Below, piece by piece: positions 13,380-26,400 of a DNA stretch of 64,000 bases. A program made the translations under genes and the position numbers. The notes beneath the pieces are model-generated. The model ran no database searches. It saw nothing but the letters and a program-made list of their open reading frames with translations, and was not told the origin of the DNA. Each line of letters opens with the position of its first letter. Within the stretch, counting starts at the first letter, position 1. The DNA comes from Protoeuglena noctilucae (taxonomy: Eukaryota), in contig OY253673.1 in NCBI GenBank assembly GCA_958009085.1, positions 1,364,001 through 1,428,000 of the forward strand. Direction: 5' to 3'.

Positions 13380-14518
13380 ATGCCGGGCAAGGCCAGCGCC
13401 AAGGGCAAGGTGGCCGCCAAGGGCGGTGTGAAGAAGGAGCGCAAGGCAAGTCGCGCCGCCCCCGCGCTCGAGGCGCGATAGTCGCGCCCACCGTCGTGAT
13501 TTTCAAATCCTTGGTGCCGACGCGGGCGCGCCGGCCCTCGAGCGGCCCCCGCCCGGCCGGAGGGGGCCTGGGCAGGCTGCTGCGGCCTTGGGCTCCCGGC
13601 TCCGCGTCCCCCGGCGCTCGCCCGGGCCATTTTTCGCGCCAATCGGCTGCAGCAAACCTTTCTCTTCGCCCGGATCCCCCGTTCGGCGCCGATCCTGCCG
13701 TTCGGAGCGGTTGTTGCCCCTCGTGGACGTTGGGCGCGCTCCCGTCGGACACGTAGCTGCCCGATCATGCGTCCCTTTTCCATTTGGGGAGTGTCTTTAG
13801 CCGCGCGTGGGCGTCTCGGCCCGCGGGGGCCTCAGGCGGGGCTGGCCGGGGCCCGCGGACTCGGGTCTGGCCCGCCGGCCCGCCCGCCACCGCTGCAGCC
13901 GGTCACGGACGCCTTTTCTCGCGGTGTCTTTGCAGGCGAAGGACCCCAACGCGCCCAAGCGCCCCCTGTCCTCGTACATGCTCTTCTGCCAGGAGAAGCG
14001 CGAGGAGGTCAAGTCCAAGAACAAGGACGCCAAGGCCACCGAGGTGAGGGGGTCGGTGGGATCGAGCCGGGCCGGCGCCGCCGCAGGGGACGAGCGGAGA
14101 CCGTCCACTGGCGCACGCCGCTACGGCATGTGGAGCCCGCTTTGCGCAGATCTCCAAGATCCTCGGCGAGATGTGGAGCAAGGTCTCTGACAGCGAGAAG
14201 AAGAAGTACCAGGATATGCAGGAGAAGGCCAAGGTGAGCTCGGCTGGCGGGGGCAGGCCTGGATTGTTGCACGCGCATGTGACTGGGCTATTCAAACCAC
14301 ATGAATGGGGAGCTTGGCTCGCACCTTCCCTGCCCGCCCCGCTCAAACACTAACCGTCAGTCGTTCCTTCGCAGGCCAAGTACGAGAAGGAGAAGGAGGC
14401 CTATGAGAAGAAGCACAAGGACGACGACGACGACGAGAAGGACGACGACGATGAGGAGGAGGAGGAGGAGGAGAAGCCCAAGAAGAGCGCCAAGAAGTCG
14501 AAGAAGCACGACGACTGA
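13380..14518 (+). CDS. HMGB-type single HMG-box protein with basic N-terminus and acidic tail, 4 coding exons
   Basis: MPGKASAKGKVAAKGGVKKERK|AKDPNAPKRPLSSYMLFCQEKREEVK..ISKILGEMWSKVSDSEKKKYQ..D/E tail. Intron 1 is GC-AG (13446-13935). TGA at 14516-14518. Confidence 0.93.
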
Positions 14519-14874
14519 GACGGAGCTCGTAGCTCTTGGCGTCGCGCAGCTGTCCCCCCATGCAAGCGCTTTGTGGAGCCCCGCTAGCCCTTCGTGCAGT
14601 GACGCCTTTGCCTAGCCATGAGGCTGACATTGCACACATCAGCCCGGCATGAATTCGGCGGATCAACTCCCTAGGAACGACCTGGCTGTGACACTGACAC
14701 CCTGCAAGCGTGACACCGTGACACGTGCCCTGCCAGATTGCTTCCCGGGCCAAGTCGGCCAGCTTCGGCAACGCTCGCACCTGTGCCGTGACGCAGCGGC
14801 CTGGCACGTGCGCACTGAGTCATTGTTTACTACAAAGTCTCAGCTGGTGGCATCTTGGCTGCCCAGGACCGGCC

Positions 14875-16263
14875 ATGCCGTGCCCTGCCGTTGCGGGGCG
14901 GCCGTCCGGGCTGGATACGGTGGCACTCGCTGGCTCACGCGCGCACCTGCCGGGGATATCGGGGCCACGAGGTCCTCGGGCGCGGCGAGGCAGCCTCGTT
15001 TCTCGTCCAGCGCTTTCGGTGAGTGACCGCGCGTCCCCGCGCGCTCTCACGCGATGGGCATCCATTCAAGTACTTTTGTCGCTTTTCTTCTCCAGGGCGA
15101 GGTGGACGCGGTGGATGCGGTTCTCCGCGCGGCGCTGCTGGGTGGCGTGGCCGTGTCGGTGCTGCGCCTCGCCGTCCGATCGGCGGAGACGCCAGGGAGG
15201 AGGCCGGCGGACGTGGAGGCTGACGACGAAGCGTCGCGACAGGTGCGCGCCTCAAATACCCTTTGGCTCTTCCATCAGCGGGGCAACTAACGCTCGCATT
15301 CCGTCGCACGCATCGTATCGCTCCCTGTGCCCTGTTCTGGTGTTCAGGACTTCATGTGGAGCCTGACGGGCTTCGTGTCGTTCATCCCCTTCCTCAACTG
15401 GACCGCCTGGATCCTCCCGGCCCTCGAGGGCACCAGCCCTGCGCTCTTCTATGGCCTCGCTGCTCTGTACCTCCTGCCCCTCCTGCACGCCGGCGTGGGC
15501 AACTTCGACAGCACCGCCGTCTTCGCGGTCGTCCTCTGGCGAGCGCGGCTTGCTATGCGACGCGCGCAGCGCGTATAGCATGCAGCTGGGTCAGGCGCGC
15601 TGTGCATGGCGTGGCCCGGGGCTCCATCCCTGCCATCCCCCCGCCCGTCCGCCCCCGCAGCGCGCTGCACGTGCAGGTGGAGCGACTGGCGGACACGGAT
15701 CCCTCGGCGCTGCGGCTGCCCGGGGGCAGCGTGCAGGCGGCCGTGCTGGCGATGCGGGACGCTTTGGGAGAGCTGGGATTCCGCCTGCGGTCCTTCGCCA
15801 AGACTTCCGCCTCCGCATTTAATGAAGAAGTCGACGCGCTGCGAGACGAGGAATTGCTCAGGTGCTGTCAATGTGTGGGCTTTGTGATGAGGCGTGACGG
15901 GTGTCGCTGCGTGGCCCAGCCATGCTCCTGTGGGACGCCCGACTCTGTCCTTGCCTCCCGTTGTGCAGGGAGGAGAGGAAGTCGTCGTTATGGCAGCAGA
16001 GGGACTTTGACCGGCGGCTGGGGGAGCGGTCGCGGTGGAGACCCGGGGGGGCCAAGGCGAGGGGCGGTGAGCAGGAAGGGCAGCAGCGTGGGGAGAGGCA
16101 GGTGGAGAGAGGGGGATCTGACAAATCGCGCATGCTGCCGGGAGCGGGGACCGGGAGGCCGAGGGTGCGGGGGAAGGACGGGTGGTTGCGTGAGGAGAGG
16201 GATCGGGAGGGTGTGTTAGATGGGAGGGAGGGAGAGAGGGAGAGGAGGAGGGAGCGGGAATAG
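14875..16263 (+). CDS. Uncharacterised green-lineage membrane protein, probably plastid-targeted, 5 exons
   Basis: R/S/A-rich N-terminus, then WSLTGFVSFIPFLNWTAW..LYLLPLL..CALHVQVE. From memory this resembles an uncharacterised plant family (At5g41960-like). The frame is kept through a GC-AG intron at 15539-15660. Confidence 0.65.
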
Positions 16264-16704
16264 AGTTGCATCGCTGTCGCGTTGCTGGCAGTGGGGGGCA
16301 GGGAAACTTGCGCTGACGCCGGCAGCGGCTAGGTGCGGGGCGTTCATGCGCGAATGCCTGATGCAACGAAATGCCTGTGAAAGCCGCTATCGGTCTAGAC
16401 AAGCCTGTGGCACTGGCTCAAAGAAGGCGACGCATGGTTCCACATAGGCATCTACCCATCCTCATCTCCCCTCGTGCTCACGACGCCTCGCTGTCCCTCT
16501 CGTCTTCCTGATGAGGGTCTTCCAAGACCGCAAATTCGTCTACGTGAGCTGCAGCGTTGACACTGAAGGCAAGCAGCGCATGGGGGAAGTGCTGTCACAA
16601 ACGCTTAGGTAGAGCGCTGCAGTCGCTGCCAGCGTATGCAACGCCACAGCCTGACCGGCCGAAGAGCGCTGCCGCCACACCCCCGCTGCCACCTCACCCC
16701 GCCC

Positions 16705-18784
16705 TCACCCGCTGTTGCTCTGGAGGCTGACGGACAGCCTGCGCATCCCGTAGAATCGCCTGGGCTCGAGGCCCTCCCTCACGGCGCTGAAACGCCAGCC
16801 GAGGTGTGCCAGGCACGATGCACAGTGCACGATCTGCCAGGCCCAGCCGGGGAACCAGCTGTACGCTGCGGGAGCAGATAGGGAAGAGAGGCATGCGGTG
16901 AATGGCGCATGGAGCGACGCATGGACATACGCCCTAAGAGAAGTGGGTGGTGACCCGCACATAGCTGCACACAGCGAGCAGTCGGCCTGGGGCAGCGGTG
17001 CGCCACAGACCCACCCCACCCGGCTCGCCTGTCTCGGGTCTTCCCTGGGTCAGCAGGGCCCCCCTGCGAACCCGCTTGAGCAGGAAAAGGTCGTGCACGT
17101 GGCCGTGCTCATTGACGAACAAGCCCGCCGTGTCCCTGCGACAAAGAGACACAGAGATGCCATCTTGCAAAAGGGATCTAACCTCAAAAACTCGATCTTT
17201 GTTCAGATTGCAGGGCTGCTACTCGCCTGCCGAAACGCAAGAGGTCTTCTCGCGATGCCAGGGTAGCACTGCACATGCCACACCCCACGTCGCCCTCGGC
17301 GCTCAAGATGCCGATCTGGGTGGAATGGGAGCGCTAGCCGTGTTTATCATGATGCAGTTTGTGTCATGGAAGACTGGAAATGAGTGGAGGCACTAGCCTA
17401 GGTTTGCACCCAAACCTGCACCCAAACCCGCACCCACACTCGCACCCGCGCCCACCCCCACGCCCTCACCTCCTTGCGCAGGCGCATGACCGGGTCGGGA
17501 CAGTCCAGCAGCGTCTGCTTGATGTAGGAATTGATCGGGATACGCGACGCCACGTAGAACGACGCGTCAGTCACCGACATGGCCGCCAGAGTGCTGCCCA
17601 GCGCCCCGCACCCCGCGGCGTCCACCCGGCCCATGCGAGCGCACGCCACCACCGCGCGACGGGTCAGTCGCCCCGGGTCCGCCAGCCGCCACACCCACGC
17701 GGGGGTGTGCCCACAGCCCCACGCGCTGCGCCCGCGCCACCGCCCCATGCCACCCCATCCAAACGCCCCACTCCGCGACGACTCTCCCTGCCCGCTGCCC
17801 TCGCTACCCCGCGCATTCCCGACCTCGCGACCCCCCTCGTCCCAATCCCACACGCCACCACCCGCCGCCTCCCGCCGCCCCATGAGCCCCGCCGGCAGCC
17901 GCGCCGGCTCCCTGTCCGGCAGCACCCGCACCTCCCGGCACTCGTGGCCCAACAGAGGCTTGACGTCGTTGTCCTTTCCCCATCCCTCGAATCGCCCCAC
18001 GCCGACGGTGAGGACGTGCGTGTGGGGCTCCTCGACGCCGACCTGCCGGATTTCAGCCAGGGTGCCCGTGGATGGCATCAGCAGTCCGTCGGGCTGCACC
18101 ACTCCAATGAGGTTGGTAAAAGGTGCGGGGGCGTGCAGGCTCTGCAGCACGACGTGACGCTCCCGCTCGCAGTGCATGACCAGCGGGAGGCGCTCCCCGG
18201 GGAGAAGCACCGAATCCATCGACACAATCGGGATCCTGCGTGATGATGGAGGCTTGATGTTTGAACCGATACAGACGCATCGTGCCATCGATAGGGACAC
18301 CGCGACGTTGCAATCGCCTCTCGCCTGCCGATTGACCCAGGCTCCGGCAGGCCCTGGGTCGCGTACACGTCCACGCGGTTGTCGCCCATGTAATCGTGAC
18401 TCTGCATCGCATCGTCGTCGATATCCACGCGATTCACCGCGGGGGCCGCCTCTCTGCGTGGAAGAAAGCCGCGTGCTCGCTGTCGGTCGCACGCAGGGGC
18501 CTGGCAGCGGCATATCGACGTTTTATGTTGCACAATCTAACAAGCTGCGCCGTCCGTCTTGACCCTGAAACCCGCAGATTGCGTATTCGGCCCGTCCCTA
18601 CTCACTCGTCTTCGTCGACCTCGTCCGTCTCGTACCCGGCGATGTACTCCACCAGGCGGCGAGCGTAGTGCGCGACTCTCTCCTCGTAAGTCAGGTCCGA
18701 CTCTGACGCACCATTGTCGCCCATATCAGCGTCCGGCGGGCCTCCCATGCCCCCCTCGCTGGGAGGGCCCGGCTCGTCGGGCAT
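16705..18784 (-). CDS. CRBN: Cereblon (LON N-terminal domain plus CULT domain); the 3' end may extend through one more exon near 16450-16550
   Basis: HDYMG motif; VLLPGERLPL and GTLAEIRQ (LON); CGMC and HCASC zinc ligands; FVNEHGHVHD; YSWFPGWAW..HLGWRF tri-Trp cage. Confidence 0.9.
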
Positions 18785-18921
18785 CGTCGCCGCCTTGTAC
18801 GCGAAGACGCTTCCTGATGCGACGATTGATGTACCGGACGCACGAGTTTCCCCGCGGACGCGCACTGGGGGCCTTGAGTTGTGTAACAACCGCGCCAATG
18901 ACAGCTGGGCCAACGCTTCGC

Positions 18922-21172
18922 ATGGACCGATGGTGAGGAACGCAGTCGGGCTTTTAAATGCAAGGACTCACCACAGGATGGCCCAAACCATTGCTTGCAC
19001 CGTCGGACTGGCCAGATTACGAGCGACTGCAGCACGACAGCGCCTGATGACGCCGAGAAGGGCCGAGATGCGACTACAGTGCGTGCACGGCACGTGTACC
19101 TGTTGCTTTAGCGATGGGGAGGTACATGCCTCCCCACCAGCGCGGCGCTGGGCGGGGACGCTCGTCGTCTGCCGCTCGAGGGCCTGCCGAGAGCTCCTCC
19201 GCGGACGCCGCGGCCACGTGGGTAGCTGAGGCAAGGAGGGAAATGTGAGTGACCCCGGCGGTGTGGCGATGCGTTGTAAAAAGCTGCATCGGACACGCAC
19301 GGACCTGCACCGGCCGAATGCGCTCGCAGGCAGCGCGCGGAGCGGCGCGGCGGAGCGGAAGGTCTCAAGGCAATCGAGAGAGCTTGCCGGCTGTTCCAAG
19401 CTGCCGCGGAGAGCCGCGGCGCAGGTCGCCCAGGGGACAGCGCAGCAGACGCAGACGGACCCACACTGTGGGCGGAGCTGGGCGACGCTCTGCAGCTGCG
19501 CGCGGAGGTGACCGGGCAGGGTAGTTGCAGCGTACGTGCGTGGCCGGTCAGCTATCCCCGCCGCGACAGCAGCTGCACTCATAAGTGCACCCTCGCTGCT
19601 CCCGCAGTTGCTGCTGCAAGCTGCGAGGGAAGATGACGGTCCCAATGCACGTGCCGTGCACCTCTTGTCTCGCACGCGAGCGGCGGAGTTGCTGCGGGAG
19701 GCGGTCACCGCCTACGAGCGCGCGCTGGGACCCCCCGGGCCACCTCCGAATGATGCCCTGGCTGCCTGCGGCAACGCGCTGTGTGCGCTGGCGCCGGTGT
19801 GTGGGAACCCCGCAGTGGCCGCCGAGGCCCTCTCTTGCGCCCGGGACATGTACCTGCGGTATCTGGAGGCGACGCCGGAGGCTGCCATGGCGCGGTATCT
19901 GGGCGAGTGCTTGGTAGCGGCAGGGGAAGGGGCGGCGGCGAGGGGCGACGGGCCGGCGGCTGCGGCGGCGTTCGCGGAGGCGCGGGGCGCGTACAGCAGG
20001 GCGTGCTCGCTTTGCGACTCTGCAATGGGGGATGACCTGCCGGCGCTGCTGTATGACTGGGCAGTGGGGCTGCACGCGATGGCGGGGTTCGCGGGGAGCG
20101 CGGAGGAGCGGCGGGCGCTGCTGGAGGAGGCAGAGAGGCGGCTGCGGGTGCGGGAGAAGTGTGGGGGGTGCATGTGCAGTAGTGAGCGGCACCATTGGGC
20201 ACTTTGGCTGTCCTTGCAGCATTCCCAGTCGCGTGCCCGTGCGATGCAGAAGGCAATTGGTTCTGTATGGCAGTCAGCATGGTTGGTATTGCCACGCTTC
20301 TGAGCTCCTGTCCATCTCTATGTCACGCAGGAGGCGGGGGAGTTTGGGCGTGGCGACCCGGACGTGTTCAATGCGCTGGGCGAGGTGTACATGGCGGCAG
20401 CAGAAGGGGCAGGGGGAGAGGAGGCAGAGGCACTGGCGAGGCGGGCGCTGGCTGAGGGATACGAGGCGAGTGTGAAGGGTTGTAAGGGTTGTACCCGCGC
20501 TGTCAGCGATTGCCATGGAGTCCCTCTTAAGCTGCCTTGGCTTCTGCAACAATATTATAAGTGTTGTACAAGTTCACGAACACTGGAGACTCAGTGACCG
20601 GATGCGGTTTGGCGCAGGCGGCCCTGCGCATCGACGCCAGCAATGCCGACGCGCTGGTGGGTCGCGCGGAGGTGGCGGTGTTTCTTGGCCGGGCGGCGGC
20701 GGCGCGGGGGGACGCGGCGGGGGCTGCGGGGCTCATGCGGGCGGCGGTGGAGGCGTACGGGGCGGCACTGCGAGACCCCGCCAAAGTGGGGGACTTTGAA
20801 GGCAAGGGGCGCGTGTGGGTGGGTGGGACAGCAAGGGGGGATGCCACGGCGTGGCGTAGTGCGGTATGGCTTCCGGGTAGTGCCAATAGTAGTAAAAACA
20901 ACACGGCCACTTGTCGATGACTCGTTGCGACACGGCATGGCAAGCCTCGCAAGCAGTGACCGTCATGGTGGTGTCGTGCGTCATTTGCAGAGAGGAGCGC
21001 GGTGCGGTACAACGCGGCGTGCGCCATGGCGATGGCGGGGGACAGGGAGGGTGCCGCGGCCGCCCTGACGCGCCTGCTGGCGAGTGGTGGGACGACGGCG
21101 GAGGAGGTGGCAGCGGACGCGGAGCTGCGGGACGTGGCGAGCATGCTGGGATTAGCACCAGCGCCGAGCTGA
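18922..21172 (+). CDS. TPR/alpha-solenoid repeat protein; 5' end uncertain
   Basis: Ala/Leu-rich helical repeats (LWAELGDALQLRAE, ALAACGNALC, LLYDWAVGL, FNALGEVY, ALRIDASNADALVGRAEV, VRYNAACAMA). TGA at 21170-21172. Confidence 0.7.
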
Positions 21173-21250
21173 GCTGACAAGTGTAGCAAGAATGCGTGAT
21201 TGTACAAGTAACATCGCTCTGTCCGTCACATTTGAAACATTGCTACTGCA

Positions 21251-22986
21251 CTACTGCACGCGCCGTGCCGTGTTCTGCAGCGCACATCCCACGCAGCTCA
21301 GGAAGACGGTCTGGCTCTCGGGCTCGGGGCGTATGCTGAACCTGACGCCGCAAACGTCCCGCAGCAGGCGCAGCTGCCGCACCGCGTAGGGGGTCAAAGG
21401 ACCCAGCCGGACCTGACTCAGCTCGGCCGGCCCCAACGCGCACAGCGTGAGGACCAGCGCCTGGTGCGCCCCGTCCACCACGCCGCCCCTGCAAACGGAA
21501 ACGCGCAAATGCATCGGCACGCGTGTGCAGGTGCAGGGATGGGCGCGGCAGCGGGGCGAGGGTCGCCTTGGCACAGCAAGCAGCAGCATCGCATCAACAC
21601 CGGGCCAGAAAACAATCGGTGCGGAGAGAGCGACATGCAGTGATTAACAACATGTTAAATTTTCGTCTCTCTCGCCTGCGTATCTCCTCCAGCAGCGCCA
21701 GGGCCGCCTTTTTCCCGACCTCCTCAGGCACCCTCCCCTCTGCGTCCCCCTCCCCCGGATCCACGCACGCCTCTGCGCTGATCAGACATTTGGTGGTCGT
21801 CTCCGCCACCAGCATGGCGCCGTACCCGGGACTGAGCCCCGCCTTGTCGCCCGCCATGTGGTCGGTGAAGACGTACACGTCCGCCAGGAAATCATTGAAC
21901 ACCTCGCGAGCACCCTGGGATGCATGAAAATGAGGAATGGTCAGATACTGCAGCGTTGATGCAGCGGGCGTGGGTGGCCAAGTCGCCTTCATTGAGAGCC
22001 CCGGCTTTACTGGGGCGGCCGGTGCATGGGTAGAGGTACGCGCATGAGAGAAGGACAAGCATGGGGAGCTGTTGGGTGAGTGACATGTCGCAACCACCAC
22101 TAAACCCATTCACTGTGCTCAGCCACTCACGTCGACGAGGCGGTTGGCGTTCTGTGGTGTCGTGCGCATGGAGTACGCCACACCACGGATGCGCTTCACC
22201 ATGCCCTCGTCCCGCAGGTCCACGGCGGGCAGCTGCCGCACGTTCGGCACGCGAAGGACGACCTCCCCGCCGCCTTTGGGCGCTGCGCCACGCTTGGCTG
22301 CGGGCGGCGGCAAGACATAGTGTGGTATCAGCTCCGGCCGCAGTGGCCTGGCCTCACTTTGAACCCAGCTGCAGCAGGGATCGCGTCGGTCGCTGCTCGA
22401 CTCGCTCACCTATCCTCAGCTCGAAATCATCCGCGACACCCAGCGTCTTGAGTAGAGGGAGGGTCACCGCACGGAACGTGTCCACGCTCGGGTCGAGGGG
22501 GTGGTTGGTGACGCCGCGGAGGGTGATTTGCAATGGCTTCTTGCCGAAGAGACCCAGGAACAGCAGCGGCTCGAGGTAATAGCCGATGCCGCGCGACGCG
22601 CAGCAGTCGTGCTCGAGGTGCGCGCCGCCCGTGAGGTAGCCGGGCTTGTAGCGCAGCGACGTGCCCGTCTCGTTGATCTCAACAATGCAACCGTTCGATA
22701 GCTTCTCGATGAGCCGCAGGAGGTTGGCTTCGAAGTCGCAAACGCCCGGTTCCTGGTCCCTTGCCCGGATGTCGTCGACGCGGAGCGGCCGCTGCGGGGC
22801 GCGGAAGGCGGCTTCCAGGTGTGATGCAATCTACATACATGATTCGTTGCGGATATCAAGCGGGGAGGCGCGAGGACGCCAAGGAAGCGCTCCCGCGGCA
22901 GCCAGGAGGCAGGGCAGCCGCACCCGGACCAGCGTGGCGAGCACGAGCCTCTGCCGGAAGTGCACGCTGCCCTCGAAGCGCAGCAT
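21251..22986 (-). CDS. RCL1: RNA 3'-terminal phosphate cyclase-like protein (18S rRNA processing)
   Basis: MLRFEGSVHFRQRLVLATL, EINETGTSLRYKPG, RGIGYYLEPL, RGAAPKGGGEV, KRIRGVAYS, SPGYGAMLVAETT. Confidence 0.95.
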
Positions 22987-23491
22987 GGCGCCCCGGGACG
23001 CGCACGGCTGTCTGGCGCCGGCCCGGTCCCTCCCCTCGACGCGAACGGCCCGTCAGGCGACCGCGGCAACTGGGCTGGAGGCAAGCGTTGCAGGCTCGTA
23101 AACAGCCTATGTGGATGCCTGGACGATGAAATACTTGTAACTGATTGTGTTCGTGTGCTCATATGTCGGCGGGAGGCGCTGCAGGCGGTGCTTGAGGGCC
23201 GGCGCTCGCTGACGCGGGCACGTTCCCATGTCAGACAGCCCGCCAGGAGCTGAAGGCCGACGACAGCCTTCCCAACCCCACTCTGCGATTGCCAGTCGAG
23301 ACTGGTGTTTCATCGGAGCCGCTTTGTAGCTGGCTCGCCTTGAAACCGACCTAGCGCGACGCGGGGGGAAGTTAAGAGCTTGTGCGCTGCCACTGTGTTG
23401 GTTATAGAGTCATTCGGTAGCCAGGCCCGGCGTCGCGGTTTCGGGCGCCCCCCGTTGGCCCCAGGCAGCTGGGCGGGGCGCGAGACTCGAG

Positions 23492-26400
23492 ATGGAGGGC
23501 GAGAGGAGCCCGAGTCCCAGGGAGGGATCGGGGCAGGAGAAGCACGCTGGGTCACCCTCGCCCAGGAGGGTGCGGAGCCTCAGCCAGGACCCGCGGAGGT
23601 GCGGCGCCGGGAAAGGGGCTAACAGGCCCGCGATGCGAGCTCTTTGGACTCTGAGCCGTTGCCTTGCAATACTTTGTGGTCTCCTTAGCGCGTCCTGGCG
23701 TTCCTGTGGCGACGCGGCTCCGGGATCGCGCCGCGGCGACCGAACGTCTTGCGCATCGCTGTTCTGTGCTCGCAGCCACACCGTGAGCGCCAAGCGCGTC
23801 GAGCGGTCGCTGACTCCGTCGCGTTCGCTTGAGAAGATCGCGGAGGAGCACGCGGGGGCGGTGGCGGGGCCCGCGCCGGACACGGTCGAGGCCTTGCTGG
23901 ACGACGACGCACGCCCGCCCTCCCCGCGCGACGCCCCGGCCCGCCGCGCCTCCCGGTCCGCGTCGCCCGGCAGATCGAACGGAGAAGTACCGGAGATCTA
24001 CCGCGCGGAGGCCGGCCGCCGCTCCCCGCGGCGCAGGTCCTCTCCCAACGGCCGTGCATCCCCTCCCCCCCGCGTGCCCCGCGGATGGGAGCGCTACTCC
24101 CCCGGACGCGCGCGTCGGGAGCGGCAGGAGCGAATGGAGCGGGGAGACGGGGGAAGGGGCCAGGACCGGGATAGGTGGGGCGGCGATGGCTGGGCGGCAG
24201 CGTCTAATGCAAAGCGAGGTTCTCGTTTAGATGCTGGGTCGTGTTATTGTTGCAATAAGACACAACGGTTTGTTGTCTCTCGCGTGCACAGGGAGGGCGA
24301 GAGGGGCAGGGAGGGGGGCAGGGAGCGCGAGCGGGGCCGTGAAAGGGAGGGCGAGAGAGAGCACGGCAGAGAGAGGGAGCGAGAGAGAGAGCGGGGGCGT
24401 GAGGGCGAGAGGGATCGCGAGAGAGAGCGCGGGAGAGATCGCGAGGATGGCAGGAGGGAGCGCGGTGACGGCCGGCGTGGCAGCGAGCGCGAAGAGGGCG
24501 AGCTGCCAGACAGGGATCGGGGGGATCGGGGGGGCAACGGTGGGGGCACCGGCGGCGGCAGCGACGACCTGGATCGCCTGCGCGCGGACAAGGCCAAGGC
24601 TGGCCCCGCGGGGGGAGTGTACGTGCCCCCCTTCCGGCTCAAGCGTATGATGGCGGAGGCGGCCGACCGCACTTCCGAGCAGTACCAGCGCATGACGTGG
24701 GACGCCCTGCGCAAGGCCATCAACGGAATCGTCAACAAGGTCAACGCCGTTAACATTCGGGAGGTGAGCAAGCGAAGGGGTGGCGAGGAGAGGGACGGGG
24801 TGTGGTTTGCGCATCGGTCACTGACCCATGCGCTCACTCAGTCACGCATGCGCTCACTCACTGATGCACTCACTCACTAGCTCACCCACTAGCTCACTGA
24901 CTCACTCCTTCACCCACTCATCCACCCACCCACCTCCCCTCTCAGATCCTCCCCGAGGTGTTCCGCGAGAACCTCATCCGCGGCCGGGGCCTCCTCTGCC
25001 GCTCGCTGATGAAGTCGCAGCTGGCCAGCCAGGCCTACTCCCCCGTCTACGCCGCGCTCGTCGCCGTCATCAACACGAAGCTGCCGGAGATCGGGGAGCT
25101 GCTCCTGCACCGGCTGCTCCTGCAATTCAAACGGTCCTACCGCCGCAACGACAAGCCGGTGTGCGCGGCCGCGCTGTCGTTCCTAGCTCATCTGACCAAT
25201 CAGGGCGTGGTGCACGAGGTGCTGATACTGGAGATACTGGCGTTGCTGCTGGAGGCCCCGACGGACGACAGCGTGGAGTTGGCGGTGACTTTGACAAAAG
25301 AGGCGGGCGCGACGATGCAGGACGTCGCCCGGCAGGCGCTGGCGGCGGTGCTGGACCGATTCCGGGCCGTGCTGCACGAGGGGAGCATTGGTGAGGGTGG
25401 GGTGGGGTGGTGGGGGGAGGGGTTGTGCTGCACGAGGGGACGATTGGTGAGATGGGGGGGGAGGATAAGTGTTTGCGTGGGTGGAGAGTGGTGGGCGGGG
25501 GGGGGGCGTGTACGATGGTGGGGAGCGTTGTTAGGTTCAACATGTAATTAAAGCCCTCGCATCCCACACCATCAACCCCTATCTCTCTCATCTAATCCCA
25601 GACAAGAAGGTCCAGTACCTGATCGAGGGCCTGCTCGCCAGCGCCCGCGCGGGGTTCGCCGAGTCGGGCCACCCCCCCCGCCCTGCTGGCCTGGATTTGG
25701 TGGAGGAAGACGATCAGATCACGCACGGCGTTACGCTGGACACCAAGTGCGACGCGCAGACGTTGCTGGATGTTTTTAAGGCTGACGATGCGTTTGAGGA
25801 GCACGAGGGGCAGTGGCGGCGCATCCAGGGAGAAATGCTGGGGGGGGGGGAGGGGGAGGTGAGGGGTGTGGAATGGGGGATGGTGAGGGGGAGATGGGTG
25901 GTGGTGGGGGAGGTGAGGAGAGGGGGATTTGCTAGCGGTGGGTGTGGCTTAATGGGCTGACGGTCGATGACGCTCGCTTCACGCCAGCCACGTTGAGCGC
26001 TATGCTGTGCATGAAATGACAGTGAGCCATGCTCTTATTTACATCTTCTTATTGTTATTATATCTTATTATACATTCTCATCGCAGGAGTCTGGTTCTGG
26101 CTCTGAGGAGGAGGGCAGCGACGAGGAGGGGGAGGGGGAGGAGGGGGCGGGCGGGGAGGGCGGTAAGCGCGTGGAGATTGACGACATGACGCAGACCAAC
26201 CTGGTGAGGATGGGCAATAAGTGGGAATGGCGATGATTGTAATGCTCATCAATAGCTACTTCTTACTGCACATCACGCAACGGCAATCTCACTCTAACCC
26301 CCCATCTCATCCCAGGTCAACCTGCGCCGCACCATCTATTTGACCATCATGTCTTCCCTTGACTTTGAGGAGGCGGGGCACAAGCTGATGAAGATTCCAC

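Noticed and set aside
15884..15968. GTGATGA (box C-like) in an intron as a possible snoRNA
   Set aside because: No downstream CTGA box D or terminal stem was found.
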